Below, one piece after another: positions 1-12,205 of a DNA stretch of 64,000 nt. Made by a program: the position numbers and the translations under genes. The stretch's first letter is position 1. Each line of letters opens with the position of its first letter. The notes beneath the pieces were generated by a model, which was given only the letters and a program-made list of their open reading frames with translations, did no database searches and was not told the DNA's origin. This DNA is from Marsupella aquatica (lineage: Eukaryota > Plantae > Marchantiophyta), in contig OZ316892.1 of assembly GCA_973895155.1 (NCBI GenBank), positions 13,389,270-13,453,269 on the forward strand. Direction: 5' to 3'.

Positions 1-424
1 CCCCAAACCCTCTCCTCTATCTGCTTCACAGCTTTCGAGTCCGTGTCCGTTGTCCGGGCGTTCAGCATATCAGCAGTCCCTCCCTCCCCCCTCGATCCGT
101 CTGTCGATTAGACGTCCTTCCTATCCCCTCCCTCCTCTTGACCTTCCTGCCGTGTTGAATGCTGCCGTCGTCGACCGCTTGCCAATGCCCTGACCCTGAC
201 CTGTTGGGGGGAAAACCGACGAGCAAGCAGAGCAGAGCAGCAGGGGAGGACGAGAACGAGTAATGACGACGTCGGTCAATGAGCACCGGTGCAGCGCCCC
301 GACACTACACTACACAACACAACACAGAGTATCCTTCCTCTCTGTTCTCAATAGGGTTCCGTCGCCAACCTCTGCACTACTCACTACTACTACGCTCCTT
401 ATTACTACACAGAAGGGCCGCGCG

Positions 425-945
425 TGTGACGAGCTCTGAGCCTTGCCGAAGGTTTCGCTCACTTTACACACCACAGTCCATGGCGGGCAAGGTTTCCCTC
501 ACTTTACATACCACAGTCCAGAGCGAAAGAAAGGGATCGGCACAACTTACGCTCTCTCTTAGTACTGTAGTAAGGGCGTGACAGCATCGTTCGCTCACTT
601 TACAGACCACAGTCCAGAGCGGGCACGGTTTCACTCACTTTGCATACCACAGTCCAGAGCGGGCAAGGTTTCGCTCGCTTTACTTACCACAGTCCAGAGC
701 AAAAGAAAGGGATTTCTACAACTTACTTACTTACGCGCTCTCTAGTAGCGGGTAAGGTTTCCCTCACTTTACATACCACAGTCCACAGCGAAAGAAAGGG
801 ATCGGCACGACTTACGCTCTCTCTTAGGACTGTAGTAAGGGCGGACCGGGCAAGGTTTCGCTCACTTTACATACCACAGTCCACAGCGAAAGAAAGGGCT
901 CGGTACTACTTACGCTAGCTCGGGTACCGTAGTAGGGGCGTGACA
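425..945. repeat. Composite tandem repeat array (~36-40 bp units plus a longer unit), possibly LTR-derived
   Basis: Repeated gggcaaggtttc(g/c)ctcactttacataccacagtcca and gaaagaaaggg...cttacgctctct units. Begins TGTGAC at 425 and ends GGGGCGTGACA at 945; no TSD found. Confidence 0.65.
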
Positions 946-1423
946 TAAAGCATCGTCTCCGATTTCCCGGGAAGTACAGCGGCGGGCACTACTGTACATT
1001 CCCGCTTCATTTCAGGGAAAGCGACGAAATGAAAGACATGATGCTTTTGAGTCAAGAATTATCCAGAAGGTTTTTACTTTTGGGGAAATCTAATCAAACA
1101 ATGAAAGTGATGCAAGTGACGCGCCTAGAAATCAAAATCTATAACCAGCCTCACTGCCCTAGCTTTCTCGGGCCCATGATTACCTTCCTGGATGCTCTTT
1201 TAGGGAAAATAATATTAAAAAAATGAAAGTGATTAGTTTATTATGAATACTGTGTGTATGATGTATACTGTACTGTAGCCTGACTACCTGAGCCTTTCTG
1301 AGGCCATGATTATCTTCTCCACCTGCTACCTTTCCCAGAAACATGTCAGCACCCCAAAGTCATGGTCTAGAGGGCTCAAGAGTGTGACTTTTGATAGCAA
1401 ATTACGCGTTTGACTCTCACTAA

Positions 1424-1984
1424 GGGGGTGGCTTTACAAGACTTTGGGGGCAATGTCCATTTTTATTGGTCTCCAAGATCTGATGGGGCCATTCATTTGG
1501 GAGAAACTGTTGCTGTTCACTTCACAAATAGTTGGGGGGGGGCATTTTCAACCCAACCTGTTATCTATCCTACCTGGAATGGAGTGGGGCCCAAGTTTTG
1601 CTTATGTGGAGCACTCTTTTGTCCTAGATGTTAGACTGCCTTGCTTGAAGGTCTCTTCTTTTGGTCCCTTGGTCCATTCCTATTTTAAATCATTTGCATT
1701 GAAAAGGGACCCACAAGCCCTTCATAAGATCTTCTTGTCACATCTAAAAAGATTTTAGCCAAAGAATAGGTGACATTCAAGTGGAGTGGGTCCTCCATCT
1801 GTCTTTTAGCAAATTAATCTAGGACCATTGGCTGCACTTAGCTTTACAAGACCGTGGGGGCCATATAGGGATTTCAAAAATGCTATTAGCCCCGGGACAC
1901 TTTATTTAGTGTGTGTAATGGCACTCCAGTTTGCCTTGGTGAAAAAACCTCCCAAGTGCCCCCAACGTCTTGTAAAGTACTCCA
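1424..1984. mobile_element. Tourist/PIF-Harbinger-like MITE
   Basis: Imperfect ~28-bp terminal inverted repeats (ggggtggctttacaagactttgggggca / tgcccccaacgtcttgtaaagtactcc), flanked by TAA at 1421-1423 and 1985-1987; no convincing ORF. Confidence 0.55.
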
Positions 1985-4900
1985 TAAGAACATGATTTCC
2001 ACAATCTTTTCTGGGGGTTAGGGGGCAAGGCCAATGAAACCCAATGAATCAAGAGGACCCGAGAATGCCACAAATGGGTAAGGAACTGGTATTGGGACTT
2101 GAATCGGTACTAAAGCTGCCCAATACACTTTAGGCTGATATGAGGCAAATACAGTACCATGTATAATTGAGGTTTAATACCAACATTTATATCCCAAACT
2201 CCCATTTATTTGACCAAAATTGCTCCAATATAAACCCCAGATACATCCCACATGGACCCCCAAGATTGAGTTTATATGTACTCCCTCCTCCCCAAACGTA
2301 CTCCTCCCAAAACCCTAAATACAATCCTGTATGGTGTTGGAGTTTGATACCAGTACCCCCTCCACCCCACTCTTATTGCCTTCTTCTGCCCATAAATACC
2401 CTACCAGTACCCCCTCCACCCCATTCTTATTGCCTTCTTCTCCCCATAAATACCTTGTCCTTATATGTACTACTCCCCCCTCTCTAAAATTATGTTGGGG
2501 AGGAGTGAGTATGTGTTTAGTAAAGTCCTGGTTAGAGGGCATTGTGGGATATAATGCCCCCAAAAATGAAAGCTTCAACTCAAGTTTTGAGAGGCTATCA
2601 TTGCCCATAATCCTCCGGGAACAGAACCTTACTAGGCTCAAAGGCCTGAGAACTTTTCATTTTTCTAACTTTAGTGAACCTAAAGAAGAATCTTCCTAAA
2701 GAGGTGATCCAGATCTTGATGGACAATTATGCTCCCAGAATGCCCTCAAACAAACAAAGAGAGAAATCACGAAGGGCATTATTTAAGCATACATATAAAG
2801 TACATATAGGGAAGGACATACAAAGATAGGAGGAGACCAGAAGTGGGGCATGTATACATCGTTTAAAAAACAATTTGGATCATCTGTTGGAATGGCATCT
2901 CCAGTAGGGCCATTGACTCTAAAGAACTAACCTGGGTTGTCTTGGTTACAATAGTACATGGCATTCCAACAAATTTAATGAAATTATGAAAAGGCAGCCT
3001 TGCTTAAAAATAGTAGCAAGGTAACAAATCTACCTTTGTTTTTGTATATTGGAAACGTGGTTTAGACTCACTTCACTAGACCCCGACTGGACACTTCTCT
3101 GGTTGATAACTCGTGCAAATTCTCGCTACTAGTTTTGTGTGATGGCAAACTACTGTAGAAAACTAATTGGACCTTATTGTCGATAACTCTTGCCAAAAAC
3201 CGGAACAACTTTTTTAGAGGAGCTAGACTAACTACCTACTGCAGTTTTATCAAGACTTTCTATTCCAAACATGTCATTGCCTTTCTTTCCTGCTAGGTAC
3301 GTCAGGGAATGGGACATTCCATAGAATCCATTGTGGACATAGAATACCATATCTTAGGACTCTGTACGCTAATCAAGATGGGAATTTTATTGGGTACTAG
3401 ATGAATATCAACATGTGGATGACTCTAGGACCCAAAACCTTGATGACTAAAACAAACTAAAAATTATGCTAAGAAATAAAGATGGCTTAATGGTTCAAGC
3501 CTCAAAGGGAGTCAATGCTAAATTTTGTGATCAGATCTAGACATGCACCCCAGATAAAACAGAGGATCTAGATTAGAACCTTCTATTTCTTTTAAGAAGG
3601 GATCTTAGTTGATGAGTACAGCAGTTCTGCTGTAGGTAGAGTGGATTTGGCAAACCTTTGTCAGCAACCATCAATTGTCCATGCTTGGACCGACCAAGTG
3701 CCTGGACAACTTCCAATAGTCCATTATTGGAGCAATGAGAACCCTGAACCAGTGACATTTGGATGAGGGAGGCAAACAGCAGATGTTGTTATCCCATTCC
3801 CATGAAAGTCTTGAAGCCATTTTAATGCTACAGAATAGAAGCTAGATGAACATTTAATAGTAATTGACCTACATTTAGGATGGATGCCAAAAATAGTGAA
3901 TGAAGTTGGTGTTAAGGTGGTCTGCTACTGGAGTGAGATATGAGAAAGGGTACCCAGTTCCAATGTTTGGACTACAACTATCAGATATGAGAAAGGGTAC
4001 CCAATTCCAACGCTTGGACTACAACTGCTCACCACCCATAGCCATGTGCAAGAAGTGACACGCACCCGCATATTAGTAAACAAGTAAGCAACCATTGACA
4101 ATGGTTGACAATTCTACTAGGTCAAGGTAACATTGTTAGTATGTAAGGATTTGCAAAAGCTAGCACACAATCAGCCATAGTTGGTTGCATATATCCGAGA
4201 AGGAGGTACAACCACTGTTACCTCAGTTGGGACAATGGGCAGCGGCAGGAAGTCGAGGGGTTGCAAGTCAAGAAAGTGTAACAAGATGAGTAGGCTAAAA
4301 GTGAAGACCTTTGCACCTAGGTCAGTGGGCATTGGCAGTTGCAGGGTTGCTACTCAAGCAAGTGTAACAAAATGAGTGGGCCCATTCTTGAAATTGAAAC
4401 CCTTTGCACACAAGTCACTCACACCCTGGACACTACAAACCTGCCAACTGAGTCGTTAACCCAATTAGTCACCTAACCCAGACCATCTAACCATTAAGCT
4501 AATCAATATCAAGTCATTCCAGTCTTGAAAACACATGTTCTAGGCCTTTGAAATTGCCTTCAACCTGTAAATGGAAGAAGGGGTCCATTATGGTGTCTTA
4601 TGCTGTCTTTCACCTTTACCATCCCCCATATGATATCCTTCTTATCCCCCTAGCTATCATCATGCCTTACTTTGCTACAGTAATATTCAACGGACTCTAG
4701 TCCATGCTTACTTCCTTCAAGTTGTGGGGTAACACAATTAAGATGACTCACGCCCAAATCAGGTTTGCCCTCGATGATCCTCACCCTCCAAAACTGTGAT
4801 GAGGTTGTGGGCATTCAGGTGGAAGGGAGACAGGAACAGATCGGCCACAAAGAATAGACCTCAAAGAGCTACTTCGTGTCCTTTGACAGCCTAGACCCTG

Positions 4901-6233
4901 CTTGGTGGGACGATGCTAATATCGGTAATGTTGTGCTATGTACTCAATGGAGATGGTCTTCGTGGGCAAATAAGTAGACTTGCGATTCAAGCGTCCAAGC
5001 AAGCCTTCCCTTCTTCTCTTCAAATCGATATTTGGTGGCTTCGTATTTGGTACCAACAAACCTGTGAAGAGCAAATTTACTCCCCGTAAGACGTCTTGCT
5101 GAGAGCTTTTGCGAATAATATCTTTATACATGATAAGTCTACGAATGTGCAGATGGGAGAGTTCATCTTCCATGTCAGAACAACCAGTCCAAGATCTTAT
5201 TTAGAGCCTTCAGAAATGAAGTAAAGTGCACGTTCATTATAGAGCAGTTTCCTGAAGCTGTACGTAGAAGAGTTGGTCTTCGCTGCCCAAAGAACAACAG
5301 AGGACACATGGAGAAACAACGACATGCCCTTCCCATGTACAAGTGAAGGAAACCTTCGTTGCCTTCATCGCATTCATATGTCACCACAAGTCTAGCTTAA
5401 CTTCGAAGAATTAACAGAGCGGAATTCGAAGGGCCCTGGACAAGATCTAACATTATGTAAGGATATAAAGCATAAATTCGCAAATGGGAAAGTGAAAACA
5501 CCGGCAACAGCAATACGCAAGGTAATTTTCAAATCTGCATTGCACGTTTATATACAACTAAGGTAGGTGATTGTAAGTGTGGATCCCTGAAAACACTGCA
5601 CCATATGTTCACAAATTCAGTCTGAAAGCTCTTCTAAAACCTCAAGGCTACCCAAAGTATTTAATTCCAAGCTATCTACATCTTCACCTGCAGTATGACG
5701 AACACTGCAAGCTCTATTCTTCATCCAGTAAATCCATTCATCATCCGGTTCAAAAAGTTGTCTTCGCAGAAGTCCAGAGCCCCCTTAACACCACATACAA
5801 GCCAGCAGAGCTTTCACGGCCTTCATTGCATGCGGAACAGGCCTGAGATAGTACAGTCAGGTCACACTTGAGATCAGACACAGACACATGATTGTGCAGA
5901 ACATAACTGGCAAACCAAGTACCAATCGCGCAGATTCACTACTCCAGTTGACATCCAACCCAGGACTTCGACAACTGTGAAAAGTCCACATACCGAGGTT
6001 GTCCAACCGGATCACAGAAAGGAACCTTCAAATAATCTAACAATTAAATTTCTCTGCATGCTCCCGGGAGGAAGTGTCGAAACTGCTTTAGCCTACAAAG
6101 TGTTGCAGATCACGCTCAGAAAAGAGAATTCCAAGCATGTTTGTAGGAGGATGCAAGCCTCTCGTCTTACATGGAGTTTGTAGAACCCCAGTAGCAACCG
6201 AAACAAGGGGATTCCGGCAGAAATCACAGGAAA

Positions 6234-6479
6234 TCAGAAGCGGCCGTGAGGGCCACCGCCATGGTGTCCGGGACCCCCGCCGGGACCACCGCCATGATGT
6301 CCGGGACCCCCGCCAGGACCACCGTGGGGAAAACCGCCCGGACCAGGGTGATGCATTGGGCCCATAGGACCTGGATGGTGCTGAGGGCCAAATCCCATCC
6401 CTGGAGGCGGAGCGTTGTGATAGTGTGGAGGCTCGTAGTAACCTGGTCGATTGAAAAACGGCATGCATGGAAGGCACAT
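6234..6479 (-). CDS. Small (81 aa) Gly/His/Pro-rich protein with N-terminal Cys motif (MCLPCMPFF...)
   Basis: ATG at 6479. GC-rich ORF with GGPGHHGGGP repeats. Pyrimidine-rich UTR-like sequence upstream on the - strand and GT/AG-like sites downstream. Confidence 0.6.
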   Translation of the reverse strand: MCLPCMPFFNRPGYYEPPHYHNAPPPGMGFGPQHHPGPMGPMHHPGPGGFPHGGPGGGPGHHGGGPGGGPGHHGGGPHGRF

Positions 6480-8483
6480 GATGTTTCCTTCACAGGATCG
6501 CGAATTAGTTCCCTTCAACCGCCCGGCCGCGTTCGGATCGTCTCGAGGAAAACAATAAGATCAACCTACTGCACGAACCGGCATCGAAGAAGAAAAACAA
6601 CAACACGAGTACGAGTTCAATCAGAAACAAAATTCAATCGCGGGAGAGCCAAACCGTGATGGACTGAACGAAAGTGAATAAGAGTCAGAGACAAAAGACG
6701 TACTGCTTCAACGACTCAATCAAATCAAACTTGTCGGGAAGCTGTGTTGCAGAACGAGAAACACTTCGAATTCAGCAATGGAACAGGTTCAAGTGCATCA
6801 AACCGAAGGAGAAGGAGATCGGGTGCCAGAACACAATCCGGCCCGGTCGTATGCTGCAACAGAAGGAGGTGGGCGAAAGAATTGCGGTGACCGAGTGAGA
6901 GTGATTGCGTGAGTGAGCGCACTACTGTTGTGGGCGTATAAACAAGCACAGTGGACTGACACGAATGCTCAAGAAACTCGTGGACCACTGCGGACAGTGC
7001 TGAGCACTCTACACTACTTACTAGTTACTGCAATCTGATCGTCGTTCTCAAACCCCGAAAACCCATCAAAGAAGGGCTCCTGTACACCTGCAGTACTTTG
7101 GGTCCGGCTGAGCGACACGTGTCAGACATGGACACCCGGAGACCGCACAACCCTTAAAGCTAAAAGGGCTTGGTTCCATGGGCCAGGGGCAGTGAATAAG
7201 ATCACCCACTCTGACACCCGCCCGGGCCCAAATTAAGCAGTATGCCAAGGTGTAAATAATATTTGTAATGTATGAGTTTTAACTTTAGAGCCAACCATAA
7301 TGCACTTTAGTGTCACTATAGGGGGCAGGGTCGCCCCTAGAGTTTAACACAGAGTGTGAGGGAAAATGATACTCCCTAGTGTGGTATTTGTATGCTCCTC
7401 AGTCCCTGGAAAAGCTTTGATTTTATTGGCTCAAACATGCTGACACATATGTGCACTCCTCACTCCCAACCCCATGGACCTTGAACACACTCTTGAAGCA
7501 AGGTAATCTTTAGGGCAAGCAAGGTAATCTTTCAGGCCTTCTGCATGTAGAAGGTCCTCAGAAAATAGGCCCTTATGTTAACTCATGGCACTCTATGAGC
7601 GAACAAGACATTCATGCCTCAACACTCTCATGAGGCAGGCCTGATTGCATCTTTCAGCATATTTGAGGGCAAGGGCCGGAAAGTTTTTGGGCCCTTCACA
7701 TCCCAACCTTAAAAATTTCTAATGAAACAAATGATACATCTTTGCCTTAGCTGATTTTGTGATGCACTTTTTACCACAAATGTAGGAGTGCTAAAGGCCA
7801 TTTTTCCAGGACCTTCTACCTGCAAGATGGACCTTAGGGTTTGAAAGGTTCATAAGGATTCCAGGAATTTTGTCAGGGTGCCAAATGCACCTTGTGTGTG
7901 AAGGGCAAGATGCTAAGAATATCTCTGTGGCTGGAGTCTGTGGCTGCGCTGGCAACTGGCTAATGAAAGAGAAAAATCCTAATTTTGCCAACATTAATGG
8001 AGAAATTTCAATAAGGTGGAATTTGGGTATTTTGTGCCACTAAAACATTGTCTTGAAGCTCAAGGCAACAAACACCCTTGAAGTCTTGAAATTTTGTTCA
8101 TCCATTAAATTTGTCCCATAATGAGGGGTTGCATTTTTCTTTCCACTACACAAATTTAGCAAAACTTTGTTGATTCATTCAATTTGTTTTGAAGAGACCT
8201 TGTTTTGTCAATGGTGAATGTCGCCTTGTGTGAAGGAGAATATGCTAACACCATCCATCATCCAATTCTCTTAGATGAATTTTTGAGTGTTAGATGTCTC
8301 TAGATTTAAAGATGATTGCCAGATTGTTGGCTAATAGGGTCTGTGGTTGGGCAAGACACTAGCTTATTGCCCAAAGAGGCATGGTCGTGAGTTGAGACTC
8401 ACACATCTAGAGTTCAGATGTTGTGATTGACTATTCCCTTTCTATGGGGTTCAGATATTTCCCCTTTTCAAACAATGGCTTAG

Positions 8484-8774
8484 TTAGTTAAGACCAAAAT
8501 CCCAACCATTTTTCACTATAAAGTTGTGAAGTTGTGTATGTATGGTCTCCTGCCCCGCCGGGATACACGCCAATTGGTTCTGGTAATAAGTGATGAACTT
8601 TTGGATATCACCTCTGAAGCTCATATCCGCTACACATTTATGAGCGTGCAACTCTGGGTACTTAGTGGTGACATGAGCACGGAGACCCTCAACCAGATTT
8701 CCCAAGTTAACGGCAAGGAGGAGTCCTCTCGCGCCTTCTTCCAAAACTTGTACCAAGTCAAGGCATAGTCCTGC
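8484..8774 (-). pseudogene. 3' part of a Gypsy gag (continuation of 31517-31828), frameshifted and truncated
   Basis: Joining across the CTGC duplication gives in-frame ...SWLSTMEIHLQVCVEQ|DYALTWYKFWKK...LTWE, a retrotransposon gag-like A..W..TWE pattern. Confidence 0.6.
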
Positions 8775-10120
8775 AGGTAAGGAGCGGCTTCTGTAGCCCA
8801 AGTGGAGCGCTCTAGTCGTGGAACTTGACTACCTTAACACTTAGCTCCGGCGTCCCTGACTCCGACGCCGAGCTCCCTTATGGTCCAGGCCCGGATAGGC
8901 CATCCGGGGAGGACTTAGCATGGGGAGACTTGTGGGCAATGAGACGTGGCACTGGCGAGGCAAGGGGCCAAGTTGGGGACACACACTAAGGACTTGGACT
9001 AGCCTATGGCTGGTCGGGTCAAGGGGAAATGGGTCGGGCTCAAGGATGGCCGTCCGGACCGTCGGATGGACTTTGAGTTCTGAGGGCTTGGGAGTGAGCT
9101 CCTCTTGGGGTCAAGGCCAATGGAGTTGACGCCATTGGCAACGGACGCTTGGGGCGCAAATTGTGGCCTGATCCGGGTTGGGCCAGTCGGGGGCCCCGAG
9201 CGGCGATCAGACCTGAAGGCCTAGGCATGAGCACTGGGTCGGCCCGGTCACAACGGGCTAAGGCACTTCGCTTGCGGATGCCTATAAAGAAAGTTATGGG
9301 CGTTGCCAGTTGGTGGCGCGCCCATTATGCGCGATTGGATCCGGGTTGGGGGCCAAATGTTTAGGGACCAAAGCTAGTCCGGGGGTGGCAGGTCTCCAGA
9401 AGCATATATGAGGGGAGTGGTGTCTCCCCAGGGGCTAAGGCTGAGCCGAAGTCGTGAGCCGCGGCGGTCGCGACACTAAGGGAAACCGCCAAACGGAAAT
9501 GGCGATATCTTCCCAACGGGAAGTCCGTTGGAGGACTTCTTGGGTGCGTTGGAAAGCTCTTAAGGAGGGCTACGTCCTCCTGAGCTCAGATGGGTATGGG
9601 GGTGCCATGGGTTCTCATGGTTTGCGGGTGTTAGCTCGCCCGCTTGCCAAATCCTGCCGAACAGGGACAAGCCGCATTCAGTCTCCCAAGGGAACTTGTG
9701 TTGGGGAGGCAAGGCCAAGTAGGTGTGGAGGCTGAGTTCCAAGGGTGCTCGGCCCCTAGACCACTAGTGGGGCGAACCAGGAGCGGGTGCTAGAGTCGGG
9801 GCCGTTCTGGCCCCGACGTGTTGGGACAAGCTTAGGACAAGCTTTGGGACAAGCTATGCTATTTGGGCCATGAGCATGTCCTGGGGTCAAGGCGGTCAGT
9901 TGGTGATGGATAGGTACGAGGGGGAACCCGGGCCGCACCCAAAGAAGGAGTTGTTCTGGACGAACAGTGGGCATAGGTTCCGGTTCCGGCTTATGGCGTC
10001 GGGAGGACCTATTGCTGACCTATTTACCAACGTCTGTTGAGCTTGAGTTGGGATGCTAGACTTGGCGAGTTCTAGATCCTGAGGGGTGACTTATCGAAGC
10101 GCTTGGTTGCTTGTGCAGAC

Positions 10121-10455
10121 TGTCACACCATTCTAGGTAGTGTTAGAGTGTATCGTACTATCTAGATCCGTATGTTTGGTATGTGTGCTATATGAGTTGA
10201 TAAGGTTCCATTAGGTTTGTGTGAGAGGGTACTTTTCACTTGTGAGGCATTGAAAGGTCATCTTTCAATGTTGAGCCTTGGAGAGAGAGAGGAGCTTGAG
10301 TGTGGCTATGGTGGCTGTGAGCTCCGCTTGTGTAAACGTGGATTCCTTGAGTAGTGCAAGGTGCGTTGGCTTGACATACGTGTGTTCTTGGATTGGTGCG
10401 GGATTGATGGGGTATTGTTGACCGGGATCGTTGTGCCGATTGTATTGAGATTACA
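10121..10455 (+). repeat. 5' LTR segment (part B) of the methyltransferase Gypsy
   Basis: About 95% identical (~17 differences by eye, mostly transitions) to 30875-31207; ends GAGATTACA. Confidence 0.85.
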
Positions 10456-10464
10456 TTGAAAGAT
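10453..10464 (+). promoter_or_regulatory. Putative self-priming primer-binding site
   Basis: ACATTGAAAGAT at the LTR end is the exact reverse complement of ATCTTTCAATGT inside the LTR (10260-10271); no TGG tRNA-type PBS is present. Confidence 0.55.
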
Positions 10465-10939
10465 CATGAGCTTCAAACTCTGTTGTGCGAACAAAAGCTC
10501 AGTCTGAGTTTGTCGTTGATGGTGACGGTTCGTGGTAACTTGAATCGATTGGATTTGTGTTTGATGCGGATTCATGTTTCTTGAATCGTTGGTTCTATTG
10601 TTTGAGTACACTGTTGCTATTCGATCTGGTTATGGCCAAGCTTGAATGTTGTTGGATATAGATCTGGTCTAGATCTAGATCTGGATTGAGTCGGAGTCTA
10701 GATCTGGATCTGGAAAGAGATGGTCGAAGGTTGCTGCTTGTATCGCGCTGCTATTTTGTGGATAGATCTGTTGGAATTTTGAGTGCTCACAGCGTTTTAT
10801 TGTCAAGGGACGCTCGTGGAATGTCCCAGAACCGTGCGTGACAGGTTTGCGGAGATTGAGAGCCATCAACATTGTTGTTTTTGTGAAGGAAATTGACAGT
10901 TTTGGGGAGCTTTTCGTGAAGGAAGTAGTCATTTTTGGG

Positions 10940-11175
10940 GTAGGATGTGAGGCGCACGAGGTCACCCATCCCGAAAGTGCTTGCGCGAGGCAACGCGTGA
11001 GGTCACCCATCTCGAAAGTGCTCCCAATCGTGAGCGCGAAGTCACCCATCGTGAGCACAGGCAGGCGCAAGGTCGAGGTCGCCCATCCCGGGGCTATTCC
11101 GAGCCATGAGCGCGAGGGGAGGCACAAGGTCGAGCGCGGGGAGGTCACCCACCCCGGGGCTATTCCCAGCCGCAA
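10940..11175 (+). repeat. Short GC-rich repeats in the 5' leader
   Basis: About five copies of g(a)ggtcacccatc and two of cccggggctattcc. Confidence 0.6.
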
Positions 11176-11969
11176 GCGCTTAAACCACTACTCACCCTTT
11201 AAAGTGCTCCGTGTAACGCGGAGCCTTCATTACTCACTATGTACAGAAAAAATACCATCGCGTATTTCGGCTGCGCCTCCTCGATACCGTCGGATACTGA
11301 CTTGCACCCGCGCCTATACTGGTCCGTTCAATCTCATCTACGGCTCATTTTGTAGATCTCGTCGAGACCTACGACTGGGAAAAAACGGCATCCCAAAATA
11401 CGCAATATTTAGGGAGAAAAGGGTAAAAAACAAACGCTGCAATCCCATTGGCTGGGGTTTTTTTGAAATTTGAATTTGATCCGGGCAGCTACAGTAGCCA
11501 CAGTACAGTCTAAAGGGTACAACTCAACATACTATACAGATTCTCACCATCATTATATAATATGTCTTTTATTCTGTGAAGGACAACAGTAATTGCTGTC
11601 AGATTGGTTGGGAAGTTTGAGAACCTCCAAGAGGGTTCGAGATCAACTCTCGTCCTATTCTAATTTTGAAAATGAAGAAGTTGCCTGGCAACTAAGCAGT
11701 GTCGTGAACAATCTGCATTTTTATGTCCATCAGATCCACGATCCGACGGTTACTATGTACAGGTCGGGGTATAGGCGAAACCGGAATACTGTACACACAA
11801 AGGTATAAAATGGCCACGCTAGTGTATTCTATCAAAGTTGTCTCCGCCTCTTGGGTTTGAGTATCTTGTCATTTCTCTCTTCCTCCTCTTTGATTTTGTG
11901 CAGGGCCCTCGTTTTGTCTTATTATTGTGTAGGGTGAGCTTGGCATTCGGTCTCGGTCCTTCCTTCCTT

Positions 11970-12185
11970 TGGTTTTGCAATTTTTAGTGGTTTTGCAATT
12001 TTTGTCTAGGTAATACATTAGTTTTTCTTAGTGCACTTTTTTGTGTTTTTGCAATTTTTAGTAATTTTGCAATTTTTATCTAGGTAATACATTAGTTTTT
12101 TTTAGTACACTCTTTTTGTGGTTTTTGCAATTTTTAGTGGTTTTGCAATTTTTATCTAGATAATACATTAGTTTTTTTAGTACTT
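11970..12185. repeat. T-rich tandem repeats upstream of the transposase
   Basis: Three copies of ~75-bp unit ttttgcaatttttagtggttttgcaatttttatctaggtaatacattagttttt. Confidence 0.7.
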
Positions 12186-12205
12186 TGGCTGACATAGTGT
12201 CTAGG

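Noticed and set aside
425-945. CRISPR-like array
   Set aside because: Repeats are contiguous and degenerate with no unique spacers; eukaryotic context and no cas genes.
10675-11473. 166-aa and 211-aa overlapping ORFs
   Set aside because: They run through GC-rich leader repeats (the 211-aa ORF also crosses the Kolobok boundary) and have no recognisable motifs.
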